The notes under the pieces: model-generated
The model's database searches: none
Told to the model about the DNA's origin: nothing
Seen by the model: the letters and a program-made list of their open reading frames with translations, nothing else
Shown here: one piece after another, positions 51,368 to 62,080 of the stretch
Numbering within the stretch: the first letter of the stretch is position 1
How the letters are laid out: each line of letters starts with the position of its first letter
Translations under genes and position numbers: made by a program
NCBI RefSeq assembly: GCF_000027125.1
Contig: NC_017626.1
Origin: Escherichia coli 042
GTDB taxonomy: Bacteria > Pseudomonadota > Gammaproteobacteria > Enterobacterales > Enterobacteriaceae
Strand: one strand, 5' to 3'
DNA: 64,000 nucleotides

Positions 51368-52387
51368 TTATTCAGAAAAAGTGAGTAAGACTTTGCAGCA
51401 ATGCTTTTGATCCTGTTCAAATAAACTAATGGCATCAGCAACATGCTGGAAATCAAACGTATGGGTAATTAGTTTTTCTGGTTTAATTAACCCTTTACTT
51501 AACCAGTCGATAACGACCGGGAATTTATTTGCATTTAAGCGTGAAGAGAAAATAGAGAGTTCTTTTCCGGTAATTCCTTGCTGAATCACTTCAGACGGTT
51601 CACTGGAGAAGCCCATCAATACAATACGTGCCGCTGGAGAAGCCAGCGTTACGGCTTCTTTCAGGATTGAAGGATGACAAGCCGCATCGATAATTAATGT
51701 CGGCTTTATGCCTTTTTCAGCGAAAATCTCGCCAAGCGGTGTCTGGCTGTTATTAATCGCCCAGTCTGCCCCGCTCTCTTTCGCTTTTTCCAGTCGTTCA
51801 TCAATGCGATCGGCAACAATCACATTCTTAACGTTATAGACGCCTTTTAATACCTGAACGATCGTCAGGCCGATTGGACCTGCACCGTAAACCAGAACGG
51901 TATCATTTTCAGTCGGTTGCCCATGACCGGTAACGTTAGCCGCAATGGTAAAAGGTTCGATCATCACCGCATATTGATCGGCCACTGCTTCAGGAATTTT
52001 CCACGCATTTTTTGCCGGCACCATGGCATATTCACTGAAACCACCGTCAGCGTGCACACCTAATACAGCCAGTGTCGTACAAACGTTCGGCTTACCTATA
52101 GAGCACGGATAGCAATGCCCACAGCTGACCACCGGATCGACAGCAACGCGTTCACCGACTCTGGCGCTTTCCACGCCTTCACCCACTGCATCAATGACGC
52201 CAAAGAATTCATGACCAATGACGCGCGGATATTTCGCAAAAGGATTATGCCCACGATAAATATGGCTATCTGAACCACAAATTCCGGCAAGTTTCACTTT
52301 TACTCGTACTTCACCCGCTGACGGGGTGGGTATTTCACGTTCGATAATTGCCAGTTGATTCGGTTTTTCAATTAAAATGCTTTTCAT
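51368..52387 (-). CDS. rspB: zinc-dependent alcohol-dehydrogenase-family protein RspB
   Basis: 339 aa from MKSILIEKPNQLAIIEREIPTPSAGEVRVKVKLAGICGSDSHIYRGHNP.., recalled RspB. Confidence 0.92.
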   Translation of the reverse strand: MKSILIEKPNQLAIIEREIPTPSAGEVRVKVKLAGICGSDSHIYRGHNPFAKYPRVIGHEFFGVIDAVGEGVESARVGERVAVDPVVSCGHCYPCSIGKPNVCTTLAVLGVHADGGFSEYAMVPAKNAWKIPEAVADQYAVMIEPFTIAANVTGHGQPTENDTVLVYGAGPIGLTIVQVLKGVYNVKNVIVADRIDERLEKAKESGADWAINNSQTPLGEIFAEKGIKPTLIIDAACHPSILKEAVTLASPAARIVLMGFSSEPSEVIQQGITGKELSIFSSRLNANKFPVVIDWLSKGLIKPEKLITHTFDFQHVADAISLFEQDQKHCCKVLLTFSE

Positions 52388-52398
52388 TATCTTACTCC

Positions 52399-53613
52399 TT
52401 ACCAGTTCCACAGCGTGCCATCTTCCAGACGTGCGACTGGCAGATAAGCAGGTTCATAGGGATATTTCGCCGCCAGCTTTTCATCGAATTCGATGCCAAG
52501 ACCCGGTTTGTCTCCCGGATGCATATAGCCGTTATCGAAAGTCCAGTTGTGCGGGAAGACTTCGAGCATTTGTTCGGAATAACCCATGTATTCCTGGACA
52601 CCGAAATTGGGGACCCACAGATCAAAGTGCAGCGCCGCAGCCATGCAGACTGGTGACAAATCGGAAGGACCGTGTGAGCCAGTACGTACCTGATACAACG
52701 AAGCAAAATCGGCAATCCGGCGCATACCGGTAATTCCGCCTGCATGGGTCAGCGTGGTGCGGATATAATCGATAAGTTGCTCTTCAATCAGTTGCTTGCA
52801 GTCCCAGATGCTGTTGAAGACTTCACCCACCGCGATGGGTGTGACGGTATGTTGGCGAATGAGACGGAAGCATTCCTGGTTTTCCGCAGGCGTCGGGTCT
52901 TCCATCCAGAACATGCGATAATCTTCAATGCTTTTACCAAAGCGCGCCGCTTCAATAGGCGTTAAGCGATGGTGCATGTCATGCAGCAAATGTTCATTAA
53001 AACCAAACTTGTTACGTACCGCGTCAAACAATTTCGGCATGAAATCGAGGTATTTCTCCGTCGACCACAGCTGCTCTTCCGGCCACTGTCCTTTGGTTGC
53101 GGGTTCATAAGCCAGACCTTTACCTTTCGACATGCCGTAGGTGGTTTTCATACCAGGGATTCCGCACTGCACGCGGATGGCTTTGAATCCCAGCTCCTGA
53201 TGACGGGCATAATCATCCAGAGCTTCATCAATACTGTGACCGGTGGTATGGCAATAAACCATCACCCCTTCACGAGACGCGCCGCCGAGTAACTGGTAAA
53301 GCGGCATGTTGGCAGCTTTGGCTTTAATATCCCACAGCGCCATATCAACCGCTGAAATGGCCGACATCGTCACCGGGCCGCGACGCCAGTAAGCTCCTTT
53401 ATAGAAAAACTGCCAGATATCTTCGATACGGTGTGCATCGCGACCAATAAGCTGCGGACAAAGGTGATCCTGCAAATAAGAGGCCACGGAAAGCTCACGT
53501 CCATTGAGGGTGGCATCCCCAAGGCCCGTAATACCGTCCTCAGTGGTGATTTTTAATGTGACGAAATTACGCCCCGGACAGGTAACAAAAACTTCAGCCT
53601 TTACGATCTTCAT
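52399..53613 (-). CDS. rspA: enolase-superfamily mannonate dehydratase-like protein RspA
   Basis: 404 aa from [42 protein letters not shown].., recalled RspA. Confidence 0.93.
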
Positions 53614-53818
53614 GTTCGATTCCTTGCATCGCTTGTCGTGATGCATGAAATCTACGCAACTGAGCTACTACCATACAAGTATGAAAATCGAAAAAAGCCG
53701 GAGTGATCACAAAAAAAGGCGTATATTTGCGCCGTGAATGGTTGACAAAAGATGAAATAGAATACCTTTTGTCAGCTGACACTTCCTTGTATCTTATTGA
53801 TAAAATGGATTTATGTCC

Positions 53819-54145
53819 TTACGCGCGCCCCCAGCCCGCAACAATGATCAACATGCCGCAAAGCGCAATCAACGCCCCCGTCCAGTCATAAAGACTCAGT
53901 TTCACGCCATCCACAACGCGCAGCCAAATCAATGCCGTGCAGACATAAACGCCACCATAAGCCGCGTAAACACGCCCACTCGCCGCAGGATGCAACGTTA
54001 ACAACCAGACAAACAGTGCCAGAGAAATCCCCGCCGGAAGCAACAGCCAGATACTGGCGTTTCGTTTTAACCACAACCAGGGCAGAAAGCATCCAATAAT
54101 TTCACACAGCGCAGTAGCAAAAAATAGTAACGTTGTTTTAATCAT
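53819..54145 (-). CDS. ynfA: UPF0060 small inner-membrane protein YnfA
   Basis: 108 aa from [31 protein letters not shown].. with four TM segments. Recalled YnfA. Confidence 0.9.
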
Positions 54146-54279
54146 CTTTGTCACTTATTGACATCATGTATAGTTATAGGACGACATAATATCATCAATA
54201 TAAACATCCTCCTGGTACGTTTTGCGTTCGCAGTGGATGGTGTAGAATCACCTTTAATCATTCATACAGGGAATGAATT

Positions 54280-54621
54280 ATGAAAATTACTCTCAGCAAA
54301 CGAATTGGCCTGCTCGCTTTTCTGCTGCCTTGCGCAATGGCATTGAGCACAACTGTTCATGCCGAAACTAACAAACTGGTGATTGAGTCTGGCGACAGTG
54401 CACAAAGCCGCCAGCACGCCGCTATGGAAAAAGAGCAATGGAATGAAACGCGCAATCTGCGCCAGAAAGTGAATAAACGCACTGAAAAAGAGTGGGATAA
54501 AGCCGACGCCGCTTTTGATAACCGCGATAAATGTGAGCAAAGCGCCAACATCAATGCCTACTGGGAGCCAAATACTTTGCGCTGCCTGGACCGTCGAACT
54601 GGCCGCGTTATTACCCCCTAA
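54280..54621 (+). CDS. ynfB: secreted UPF0482 protein YnfB
   Basis: 113 aa with a signal peptide, [28 protein letters not shown]. Recalled YnfB. Confidence 0.9.
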   Translation: MKITLSKRIGLLAFLLPCAMALSTTVHAETNKLVIESGDSAQSRQHAAMEKEQWNETRNLRQKVNKRTEKEWDKADAAFDNRDKCEQSANINAYWEPNTLRCLDRRTGRVITP

Positions 54622-54655
54622 CCTGTTATTGATTTAAGGAATGTAAGGACACGTT

Positions 54656-55216
54656 ATGCCAAGCGCCCACAGTGTTAAGCTACGCCCGCTGGAGCGTGAA
54701 GATTTACGCTATGTACATCAACTCGACAATAACGCCAGTGTGATGCGTTACTGGTTTGAGGAACCCTACGAAGCCTTTGTTGAACTCTCTGATCTGTATG
54801 ATAAGCATATTCACGATCAGAGCGAACGGCGCTTTGTGGTGGAATGTGACGGCGAAAAAGCCGGTCTGGTGGAGCTGGTGGAAATTAACCATGTTCATCG
54901 CCGCGCAGAATTTCAGATAATTATCTCCCCGGAGTATCAAGGGAAAGGTCTGGCAACCCGTGCCGCCAAATTAGCAATGGACTATGGCTTCACCGTTCTC
55001 AATCTCTATAAGCTGTATCTGATCGTTGATAAAGAGAATGAAAAAGCGATTCACATTTACCGCAAGCTTGGCTTTACGGTTGAAGGTGAATTGATGCATG
55101 AGTTTTTTATTAATGGTCAATATCGTAATGCTATTCGCATGTGTATATTCCAGCATCAGTATCTGGCAGAGCACAAAACACCGGGTCAGACTCTCCTGAA
55201 GCCGACCGCACAATAG
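54656..55216 (+). CDS. speG: spermidine N1-acetyltransferase (GNAT)
   Basis: 186 aa, [51 protein letters not shown].., recalled SpeG. Confidence 0.95.
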   Translation: MPSAHSVKLRPLEREDLRYVHQLDNNASVMRYWFEEPYEAFVELSDLYDKHIHDQSERRFVVECDGEKAGLVELVEINHVHRRAEFQIIISPEYQGKGLATRAAKLAMDYGFTVLNLYKLYLIVDKENEKAIHIYRKLGFTVEGELMHEFFINGQYRNAIRMCIFQHQYLAEHKTPGQTLLKPTAQ

Positions 55217-55218
55217 CA

Positions 55219-55929
55219 TTAATAATAATCGATAGTATTTTTGATGGTGTAAACCCGTTCGACGGCGGGTTTTACTCCTTCATCAACAATGATTAGCTGA
55301 CAGTCCACCGGATTGGCGTGACTGTCATATTCACAGCTCTGTTTTACATTACCAACCCTTTGATTATTCAGTAAAGTAACCGCTGTGTAATCTAATTTTT
55401 TGATCGGATCCGTTGATGGCGTGGCGCTGACAGATAATGTTTTGTCGTTACTTTTCGTGGTTTTACCCAGCGGATACCCCTGATCATCATAGCGATATTC
55501 CATCTGCATCTGTTTGCTGCTGGCTTTAATCACAAAGCCATTATCATCGGTTTCCCAACTCACCCCGGCAGAAGGTAATTCTGCTAGCTGGCATTTTCCC
55601 TGCAAACGAACTCTTTTCTCCAGTGTCTGGGCATCACGGTAATAATTGGCGTCCAGTACCAGGGCAACCACGGTATTATTTTCCAGATCCAGTAATTCGA
55701 GTGAATCAAAACAGCCTTCTTCCGACAAAGTCCCCGAAACACGTTTCGTCACTTCACCTTGCTCATCCATTAATGTCTGAGTGAAATCTTTTACCGGACC
55801 ACGCAGCGGATCAAAATCGAATTCATTAGAGAAACTGGCCATCTCAGGGGTAAAGGAAAGTGTTACCTCTGTGCGGTCACATCCTGTGAGGAATATCGCG
55901 AGTAAGCATGGCAGTAATTTGTATTTCAC
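55219..55929 (-). CDS. ynfC: lipoprotein YnfC
   Basis: 236 codons from a GTG ((M)KYKLLPCLLAIFLTGCDRTE..) with lipobox LTGC. Recalled YnfC. Confidence 0.88.
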   Translation of the reverse strand: MKYKLLPCLLAIFLTGCDRTEVTLSFTPEMASFSNEFDFDPLRGPVKDFTQTLMDEQGEVTKRVSGTLSEEGCFDSLELLDLENNTVVALVLDANYYRDAQTLEKRVRLQGKCQLAELPSAGVSWETDDNGFVIKASSKQMQMEYRYDDQGYPLGKTTKSNDKTLSVSATPSTDPIKKLDYTAVTLLNNQRVGNVKQSCEYDSHANPVDCQLIIVDEGVKPAVERVYTIKNTIDYY

Positions 55930-56033
55930 AACAGTCACCAGAGAGTAGAGATGATTCTCAATCATAGTAGCAAATACAGTACTTTACACGTTAAATGCTA
56001 TGCTTAAAGAAGTTATCTTCGCGTAAGGAGCTT

Positions 56034-56342
56034 ATGATGAAACTCTCAACCTGCTGTGCCGCGCTTCTGCTCGCCCTCGCCTCACCCGCGGTACTCGCCG
56101 CGCCGGGATCCTGTGAGCGCATACAGAGCGATATATCACAGCGCATTATCAATAATGGCGTACCCGAAAGCAGCTTCACGTTAAGTATTGTACCCAATGA
56201 CCAGGTTGATCAGCCTGATTCCCAGGTCGTCGGGCATTGCGCTAATGATACGCATAAAATTCTCTACACCCGCACCACCAGCGGTAACGTCTCTGCTCCC
56301 GCGCAGTCTACCCAGGATGGCGCGCCTGCCGAACCGCAGTAA
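56034..56342 (+). CDS. ynfD: secreted DUF1161 protein YnfD
   Basis: MMKLSTCCAALLLALASPAVLAAPGSCERIQSDISQRIINNG.., recalled YnfD. The start may be the second Met (56037). Confidence 0.88.
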   Translation: MMKLSTCCAALLLALASPAVLAAPGSCERIQSDISQRIINNGVPESSFTLSIVPNDQVDQPDSQVVGHCANDTHKILYTRTTSGNVSAPAQSTQDGAPAEPQ

Positions 56343-56359
56343 CACATTATCGACTGAAC

Positions 56360-56385
56360 GCCGGATACGACACATCCGGCGATTT
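56360..56385 (+). terminator. probable terminator after ynfD
   Basis: GCCGGAT-ACGACAC-ATCCGGC followed by GATTT. The T-tract is weak. Confidence 0.4.
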
Positions 56386-56427
56386 GAACATACAACATAA
56401 TCCCACCTTATTACTCATACCCTTCTA

Positions 56428-56441
56428 TTGATATGGATTAA
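56428..56441 (+). promoter_or_regulatory. candidate FNR-binding site upstream of ynfE
   Basis: TTGATATGGATTAA compared with the consensus TTGAT-N4-ATCAA (9/10). About 100 nt upstream of the ynfE ATG. The operon is an anaerobic reductase. Confidence 0.4.
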
Positions 56442-56540
56442 TAATTCTTAACCCAAAATAGGTAGACTTCCTCTATTGTTAGCGCGCTAAATATTCAATA
56501 TATAAACTTTTATATAACGATAAAGAACAGGGAGTGAGTT

Positions 56541-58967
56541 ATGTCCAAAAATGAACAAATGGTGGGCATCAGCCGCAGAACACTCGTTAAATCTACCGCG
56601 ATAGGTTCTCTGGCGCTGGCTGCAGGCGGTTTTTCTTTACCGTTCACCCTGCGCAGTGCAGCGGCAGCGGTACAACAGGCCAGCGAGAAAGTGGTCTGGG
56701 GTGCCTGTTCCGTCAACTGTGGTAGCCGCTGTGCACTTCGTCTGCATGTTAAAGATAATGAAGTGACCTGGGTGGAAACTGACAACACCGGCAGCGATGA
56801 GTATGGCAATCATCAAGTACGTGCCTGTTTGCGCGGTCGCTCCATCCGTCGGCGTATTAATCATCCCGATCGCTTGAATTACCCAATGAAACGCGTGGGC
56901 AAACGCGGCGAAGGCAAATTCGAACGGATTAGCTGGGATGAAGCCCTGGATACTATCGCCAGTAGCCTGAAAAAAACCGTCGAACAATATGGCAATGAGG
57001 CTGTATATATTCAGTACTCTTCGGGGATTGTTGGCGGCAATATGACCCGCTCTTCACCATCAGCCTCGGCGGTCAAACGCCTGATGAACTGCTACGGCGG
57101 TTCACTCAATCAGTATGGCTCCTACAGCACCGCGCAAATTTCCTGTGCCATGCCCTACACCTACGGCAGTAATGATGGCAACAGCACCACGGATATTGAA
57201 AACAGCAAGCTGGTCGTGATGTTTGGTAACAACCCGGCAGAAACCCGCATGAGCGGCGGTGGCATCACTTATCTTCTTGAAAAAGCGCGCGAGAAATCGA
57301 ACGCCAAAATGATTGTTATCGATCCGCGATATACCGATACAGCTGCTGGTCGTGAAGACGAATGGCTACCTATTCGCCCGGGCACCGATGCCGCGCTGGT
57401 TGCGGGTATTGCCTGGGTATTGATTAACGAAAATCTCGTTGATCAACCTTTTCTCGATAAATACTGCGTCGGCTATGACGAAAAAACCTTACCCGCAGAT
57501 GCACCAAAAAATGGTCACTATGAAGCCTATATTCTTGGTGAAGGTGACGATAAAACAGCGAAAACGCCGCAGTGGGCTTCGCAAATTACCGGTATCCCGG
57601 TGGAGCGTATCATCAAACTGGCGCGTGAAATTGGCACAGCAAAACCCGCTTATATCTGCCAGGGCTGGGGACCGCAACGCCAGGCAAACGGCGAGCTGAC
57701 TGCACGTGCTATTGCGATGTTGCCTATTCTGACGGGCAATGTCGGCATCAGCGGCGGGAGTAGTGGCGCGCGTGAATCGACCTATACCATTACCATAGAA
57801 CGCCTGCCGGTGCTGGATAATCCGGTCAAAACGTCAATCTCCTGCTTCAGCTGGACGGATGCTATCGATCATGGCCCGCAAATGACGGCAATCCGCGACG
57901 GTGTCCGGGGCAAAGATAAACTGGATGTGCCCATTAAGTTCATCTGGAACTACGCGGGAAATACCCTGGTTAATCAGCATTCTGACATCAACAAAACGCA
58001 TGAAATTCTGCAGGACGAATCGAAATGCGAAATGATTGTGGTCATCGAAAACTTTATGACCTCATCGGCAAAATATGCCGACATTCTGCTGCCAGACCTG
58101 ATGACCGTTGAGCAGGAAGATATTATTCCTAACGACTACGCCGGTAACATGGGATATCTCATTTTCCTTCAGCCAGTCACCAGCGAAAAATTCGAACGCA
58201 AACCGATTTACTGGATCCTGAGTGAGGTCGCGAAACGTCTTGGACCTGACGTCTATCAAAAGTTCACAGAAGGTCGCACGCAGGAACAATGGTTGCAACA
58301 TCTGTACGCCAAAATGCTTGCCAAAGATCCGGCGTTACCGTCTTACGACGAACTGAAAAAAATGGGTATCTATAAGCGTAAAGATCCTAATGGTCATTTT
58401 GTCGCCTACAAAGCATTTCGTGACGACCCCGAGGCAAATCCACTTAAAACGCCTTCCGGTAAGATTGAAATTTATTCCAGCAAGCTGGCGGAAATTGCCC
58501 GTACCTGGGAACTGGAAAAAGATGAAGTGATAAGCCCACTGCCGGTTTATGCCTCAACCTTTGAAGGCTGGGACTCCCCTGAACGTAGTACCTTTCCACT
58601 GCAACTGTTTGGTTTCCATTACAAATCCCGTACTCACTCGACCTACGGCAACATTGATGTCCTGAAGGCTGCCTGCCGTCAGGAGGTGTGGATCAACCCT
58701 ATAGACGCACAGAAACGTGGGATTGCCAACGGCGATATGGTGCGGGTGTATAACCATCGTGGCGAAGTTCGGCTACCAGCCAAAGTGACACCACGCATTC
58801 TCCCTGGGGTTAGCGCTATGGGCCAGGGAGCCTGGCACGAGGCCAATATGTCTGGCGATAAAATCGACCATGGCGGCTGTGTGAATACGCTAACCACTCT
58901 GCGCCCTTCACCACTGGCGAAGGGAAACCCGCAGCACACTAATCTGGTCGAGATCGAAAAAATATAA
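56541..58967 (+). CDS. ynfE: Tat-exported molybdopterin oxidoreductase, DMSO-reductase family (putative selenate reductase) YnfE
   Basis: 808 aa. Twin-arginine leader (GISRRTLVKSTAIGSLALAAG) and N-terminal Cys cluster CSVNCGSRC. Recalled YnfE. Confidence 0.95.
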   Translation: MSKNEQMVGISRRTLVKSTAIGSLALAAGGFSLPFTLRSAAAAVQQASEKVVWGACSVNCGSRCALRLHVKDNEVTWVETDNTGSDEYGNHQVRACLRGRSIRRRINHPDRLNYPMKRVGKRGEGKFERISWDEALDTIASSLKKTVEQYGNEAVYIQYSSGIVGGNMTRSSPSASAVKRLMNCYGGSLNQYGSYSTAQISCAMPYTYGSNDGNSTTDIENSKLVVMFGNNPAETRMSGGGITYLLEKAREKSNAKMIVIDPRYTDTAAGREDEWLPIRPGTDAALVAGIAWVLINENLVDQPFLDKYCVGYDEKTLPADAPKNGHYEAYILGEGDDKTAKTPQWASQITGIPVERIIKLAREIGTAKPAYICQGWGPQRQANGELTARAIAMLPILTGNVGISGGSSGARESTYTITIERLPVLDNPVKTSISCFSWTDAIDHGPQMTAIRDGVRGKDKLDVPIKFIWNYAGNTLVNQHSDINKTHEILQDESKCEMIVVIENFMTSSAKYADILLPDLMTVEQEDIIPNDYAGNMGYLIFLQPVTSEKFERKPIYWILSEVAKRLGPDVYQKFTEGRTQEQWLQHLYAKMLAKDPALPSYDELKKMGIYKRKDPNGHFVAYKAFRDDPEANPLKTPSGKIEIYSSKLAEIARTWELEKDEVISPLPVYASTFEGWDSPERSTFPLQLFGFHYKSRTHSTYGNIDVLKAACRQEVWINPIDAQKRGIANGDMVRVYNHRGEVRLPAKVTPRILPGVSAMGQGAWHEANMSGDKIDHGGCVNTLTTLRPSPLAKGNPQHTNLVEIEKI

Positions 58968-59027
58968 CCCACTACAACCATAAATTCTGGCATGACATTT
59001 TGTTTGAAAAGCAATAAGTGAGTAATG

Positions 59028-61451
59028 ATGAAAATCCATACCACAGAGGCGCTCATGAAGGCTGAAATCAGCCGTAGAAGTCTGATGAAAACCTCCGCAC
59101 TTGGCAGTCTCGCGCTGGCAAGCAGTGCTTTCACTCTGCCATTTTCCCAAATGGTCCGAGCGGCAGAGACACCGGTAGAAGAGAAAGCGGTCTGGAGTTC
59201 CTGCACCGTTAACTGCGGGAGCCGCTGTCTGTTACGTTTGCATGTGAAAGATGACACCGTGTACTGGGTGGAGTCTGATACGACAGGAGACGACGTCTAC
59301 GGTAATCATCAGGTTCGAGCGTGTTTACGCGGGCGCTCTATCCGTCGACGGATGAATCATCCTGATAGGTTGAAATATCCCATGAAGCGCGTCGGCAAGC
59401 GCGGTGAAGGTAAATTTGAACGGATAAGTTGGGATGAAGCCCTGGATACCATCAGTGATAATCTTCGGCGGATCCTTAAAGATTACGGCAATGAGGCTGT
59501 ACATGTTCTCTATGGAACAGGCGTAGATGGCGGAAACATCACCAACTCAAACGTCCCGTACCGTCTGATGAACTCTTGCGGTGGTTTTCTCAGTCGCTAT
59601 GGCAGCTACAGTACCGCTCAAATCAGTGCCGCAATGAGTTATATGTTCGGTGCCAATGATGGCAACAGCCCGGATGATATCGCCAATACGAAACTGGTCG
59701 TTATGTTCGGAAATAACCCGGCAGAAACGCGGATGAGCGGCGGTGGTGTCACTTACTACGTCGAGCAAGCCCGAGAACGTTCAAACGCACGCATGATCGT
59801 CATCGATCCACGTTATAACGACACTGCTGCCGGGCGTGAAGATGAATGGCTGCCAATTCGCCCAGGCACCGATGGCGCACTGGCCTGTGCGATTGCCTGG
59901 GTACTGATTACTGAAAACATGGTCGATCAGCCATTTCTCGACAAATATTGTGTTGGTTACGATGAAAAAACGCTGCCCGCCAACGCACCACGTAACGCGC
60001 ATTATAAAGCCTATATTCTGGGCGAAGGGCCTGACGGCATAGCTAAAACGCCGGAATGGGCAGCAAAAATCACCAGCATCCCGGCAGAAAAAATTATCCA
60101 GTTGGCACGAGAGATCGGTTCAGCAAAACCTGCTTATATTTGTCAGGGTTGGGGGCCACAACGACACTCCAACGGCGAGCAAACGTCCCGCGCTATTGCC
60201 ATGCTTTCCGTTCTCACCGGTAACGTCGGCATAAACGGCGGCAACTCAGGTGTACGCGAAGGTAGCTGGGATCTGGGGGTAGAATGGTTCCCGATGCTCG
60301 AGAATCCTGTTAAAACGCAGATTTCCGTCTTTACATGGACAGATGCCATCGACCATGGTACGGAAATGACCGCGACCCGTGATGGTGTTCGTGGAAAAGA
60401 AAAACTGGATGTCCCCATCAAGTTTTTATGGTGCTACGCCAGTAACACATTGATCAATCAACATGGCGACATCAATCACACCCATGAGGTGCTTCAGGAT
60501 GACAGCAAGTGCGAGATGATTGTTGGCATTGACCACTTCATGACGGCCTCGGCTAAGTATTGCGATATCCTGTTGCCCGACCTGATGCCAACAGAGCAAG
60601 AAGACCTTATCTCTCATGAATCTGCAGGGAATATGGGCTATGTGATCCTCGCCCAACCCGCAACCTCAGCAAAATTTGAACGCAAACCCATCTACTGGAT
60701 GCTGAGTGAAGTCGCCAAACGCTTAGGACCGGACGTTTATCAAACCTTTACTGAAGGTCGCAGTCAGCATGAATGGATCAAATATCTCCATGCGAAAACG
60801 AAGGAACGTAACCCTGAGATGCCCGACTACGAGGAGATGAAAACGACCGGGATCTTTAAGAAAAAATGCCCGGAAGAACACTACGTCGCTTTCCGCGCAT
60901 TCCGTGAAGATCCACAGGCAAACCCGTTGAAAACACCTTCGGGGAAAATCGAAATTTATTCTGAACGACTGGCGACGATTGCGGATACCTGGGAATTGAA
61001 AAAAGATGAAATTATTCATCCCCTTCCTGCGTATACCCCAGGTTTTGATGGCTGGGACGATCCCCTGCGGAAAACCTATCCACTGCAGTTAACGGGCTTC
61101 CACTACAAAGCGCGTACCCACTCCAGCTACGGCAATATTGATGTGTTACAGCAGGCCTGCCCACAAGAGGTGTGGATCAACCCTATTGATGCTCAGGCAC
61201 GCGGTATCCGTCATGGCGATACCGTGCGGGTATTTAACAATAATGGAGAAATGCTGATTGCCGCAAAAGTGACTCCGCGTATTCTGCCTGGCGTTACCGC
61301 CATCGGGCAAGGTGCGTGGCTTAAAGCGGATATGTTTGGTGACCGGGTCGATCACGGCGGCAGTATCAATATTCTGACCTCTCACCGCCCTTCACCGCTG
61401 GCAAAGGGAAACCCGTCGCACAGCAATCTTGTCCAGATCGAAAAGGTTTAA
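59028..61451 (+). CDS. ynfF: Tat-exported molybdopterin oxidoreductase YnfF (tandem paralogue of YnfE)
   Basis: 807 aa from MKIHTTEALMKAEISRRSLMKTSALGSLALASS.. with Cys cluster CTVNCGSRC. Recalled YnfF. Confidence 0.95.
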   Translation: MKIHTTEALMKAEISRRSLMKTSALGSLALASSAFTLPFSQMVRAAETPVEEKAVWSSCTVNCGSRCLLRLHVKDDTVYWVESDTTGDDVYGNHQVRACLRGRSIRRRMNHPDRLKYPMKRVGKRGEGKFERISWDEALDTISDNLRRILKDYGNEAVHVLYGTGVDGGNITNSNVPYRLMNSCGGFLSRYGSYSTAQISAAMSYMFGANDGNSPDDIANTKLVVMFGNNPAETRMSGGGVTYYVEQARERSNARMIVIDPRYNDTAAGREDEWLPIRPGTDGALACAIAWVLITENMVDQPFLDKYCVGYDEKTLPANAPRNAHYKAYILGEGPDGIAKTPEWAAKITSIPAEKIIQLAREIGSAKPAYICQGWGPQRHSNGEQTSRAIAMLSVLTGNVGINGGNSGVREGSWDLGVEWFPMLENPVKTQISVFTWTDAIDHGTEMTATRDGVRGKEKLDVPIKFLWCYASNTLINQHGDINHTHEVLQDDSKCEMIVGIDHFMTASAKYCDILLPDLMPTEQEDLISHESAGNMGYVILAQPATSAKFERKPIYWMLSEVAKRLGPDVYQTFTEGRSQHEWIKYLHAKTKERNPEMPDYEEMKTTGIFKKKCPEEHYVAFRAFREDPQANPLKTPSGKIEIYSERLATIADTWELKKDEIIHPLPAYTPGFDGWDDPLRKTYPLQLTGFHYKARTHSSYGNIDVLQQACPQEVWINPIDAQARGIRHGDTVRVFNNNGEMLIAAKVTPRILPGVTAIGQGAWLKADMFGDRVDHGGSINILTSHRPSPLAKGNPSHSNLVQIEKV

Positions 61452-61461
61452 GGAGTAGCCC

Positions 61462-62079
61462 ATGACCACACAATATGGATTTTTTATCGATTCCAGCCGC
61501 TGTACTGGCTGTAAAACCTGCGAACTGGCGTGCAAAGATTTTAAAGATCTTGGCCCGGAAGTCAGTTTCCGCCGTATTTATGAATATGCTGGCGGCGACT
61601 GGCAGGAAGATAATGGCGTCTGGCACCAGAACGTGTTCGCTTATTATCTCTCCATCTCCTGTAACCATTGCGATGACCCCGCATGTACAAAAGTCTGCCC
61701 CAGCGGCGCAATGCATAAGCGTGAAGATGGCTTTGTGGTGGTTGATGAAAATGTTTGTATCGGCTGCCGCTACTGCCACATGGCTTGTCCGTACGGCGCG
61801 CCACAGTACAATGCTGAAAAAGGGCACATGACGAAGTGCGATGGTTGTTATTCGCGCGTCGCCGAGGGGAAACAACCCATATGTGTCGAATCCTGCCCGC
61901 TGCGTACACTTGAGTTCGGTCCAATTGAAGAGCTGCGCCAGAAGCACGGCACTCTTGCTGCCGTCGCGCCACTGCCGCGCGCGCATTTCACAAAACCCAA
62001 TATCGTTATCAAACCTAACGCCAACAGCCGCCCGACCGGCGATACCACTGGTTATCTGGCTAATCCGGAGGAAGTGTAA
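61462..62079 (+). CDS. ynfG: 4Fe-4S ferredoxin-type electron-transfer subunit (DmsB-like)
   Basis: 205 aa with four Cys clusters (CTGCKTCELAC, CNHCDDPAC, CIGCRYCHMAC, CDGC..C). Recalled YnfG. Confidence 0.95.
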   Translation: MTTQYGFFIDSSRCTGCKTCELACKDFKDLGPEVSFRRIYEYAGGDWQEDNGVWHQNVFAYYLSISCNHCDDPACTKVCPSGAMHKREDGFVVVDENVCIGCRYCHMACPYGAPQYNAEKGHMTKCDGCYSRVAEGKQPICVESCPLRTLEFGPIEELRQKHGTLAAVAPLPRAHFTKPNIVIKPNANSRPTGDTTGYLANPEEV

Positions 62080-62080
62080 A

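Noticed and set aside
56541-61451. ynfE/ynfF tandem duplication as a possible novelty
   Set aside because: This is the well-known paralogous pair of the ynfEFGH-dmsD operon in E. coli. Both copies are intact, with Tat leaders, and there is nothing unusual in this window.
61366-61986. 206-aa minus-strand ORF antisense to ynfF 3' end and ynfG; also the 364-aa extension of ynfH (61841-)
   Set aside because: ynfG has four clear Fe-S Cys clusters on the plus strand. ynfH begins at the ATG at 62081, right after the ynfG stop. The extension is an out-of-frame overlap of ynfG.
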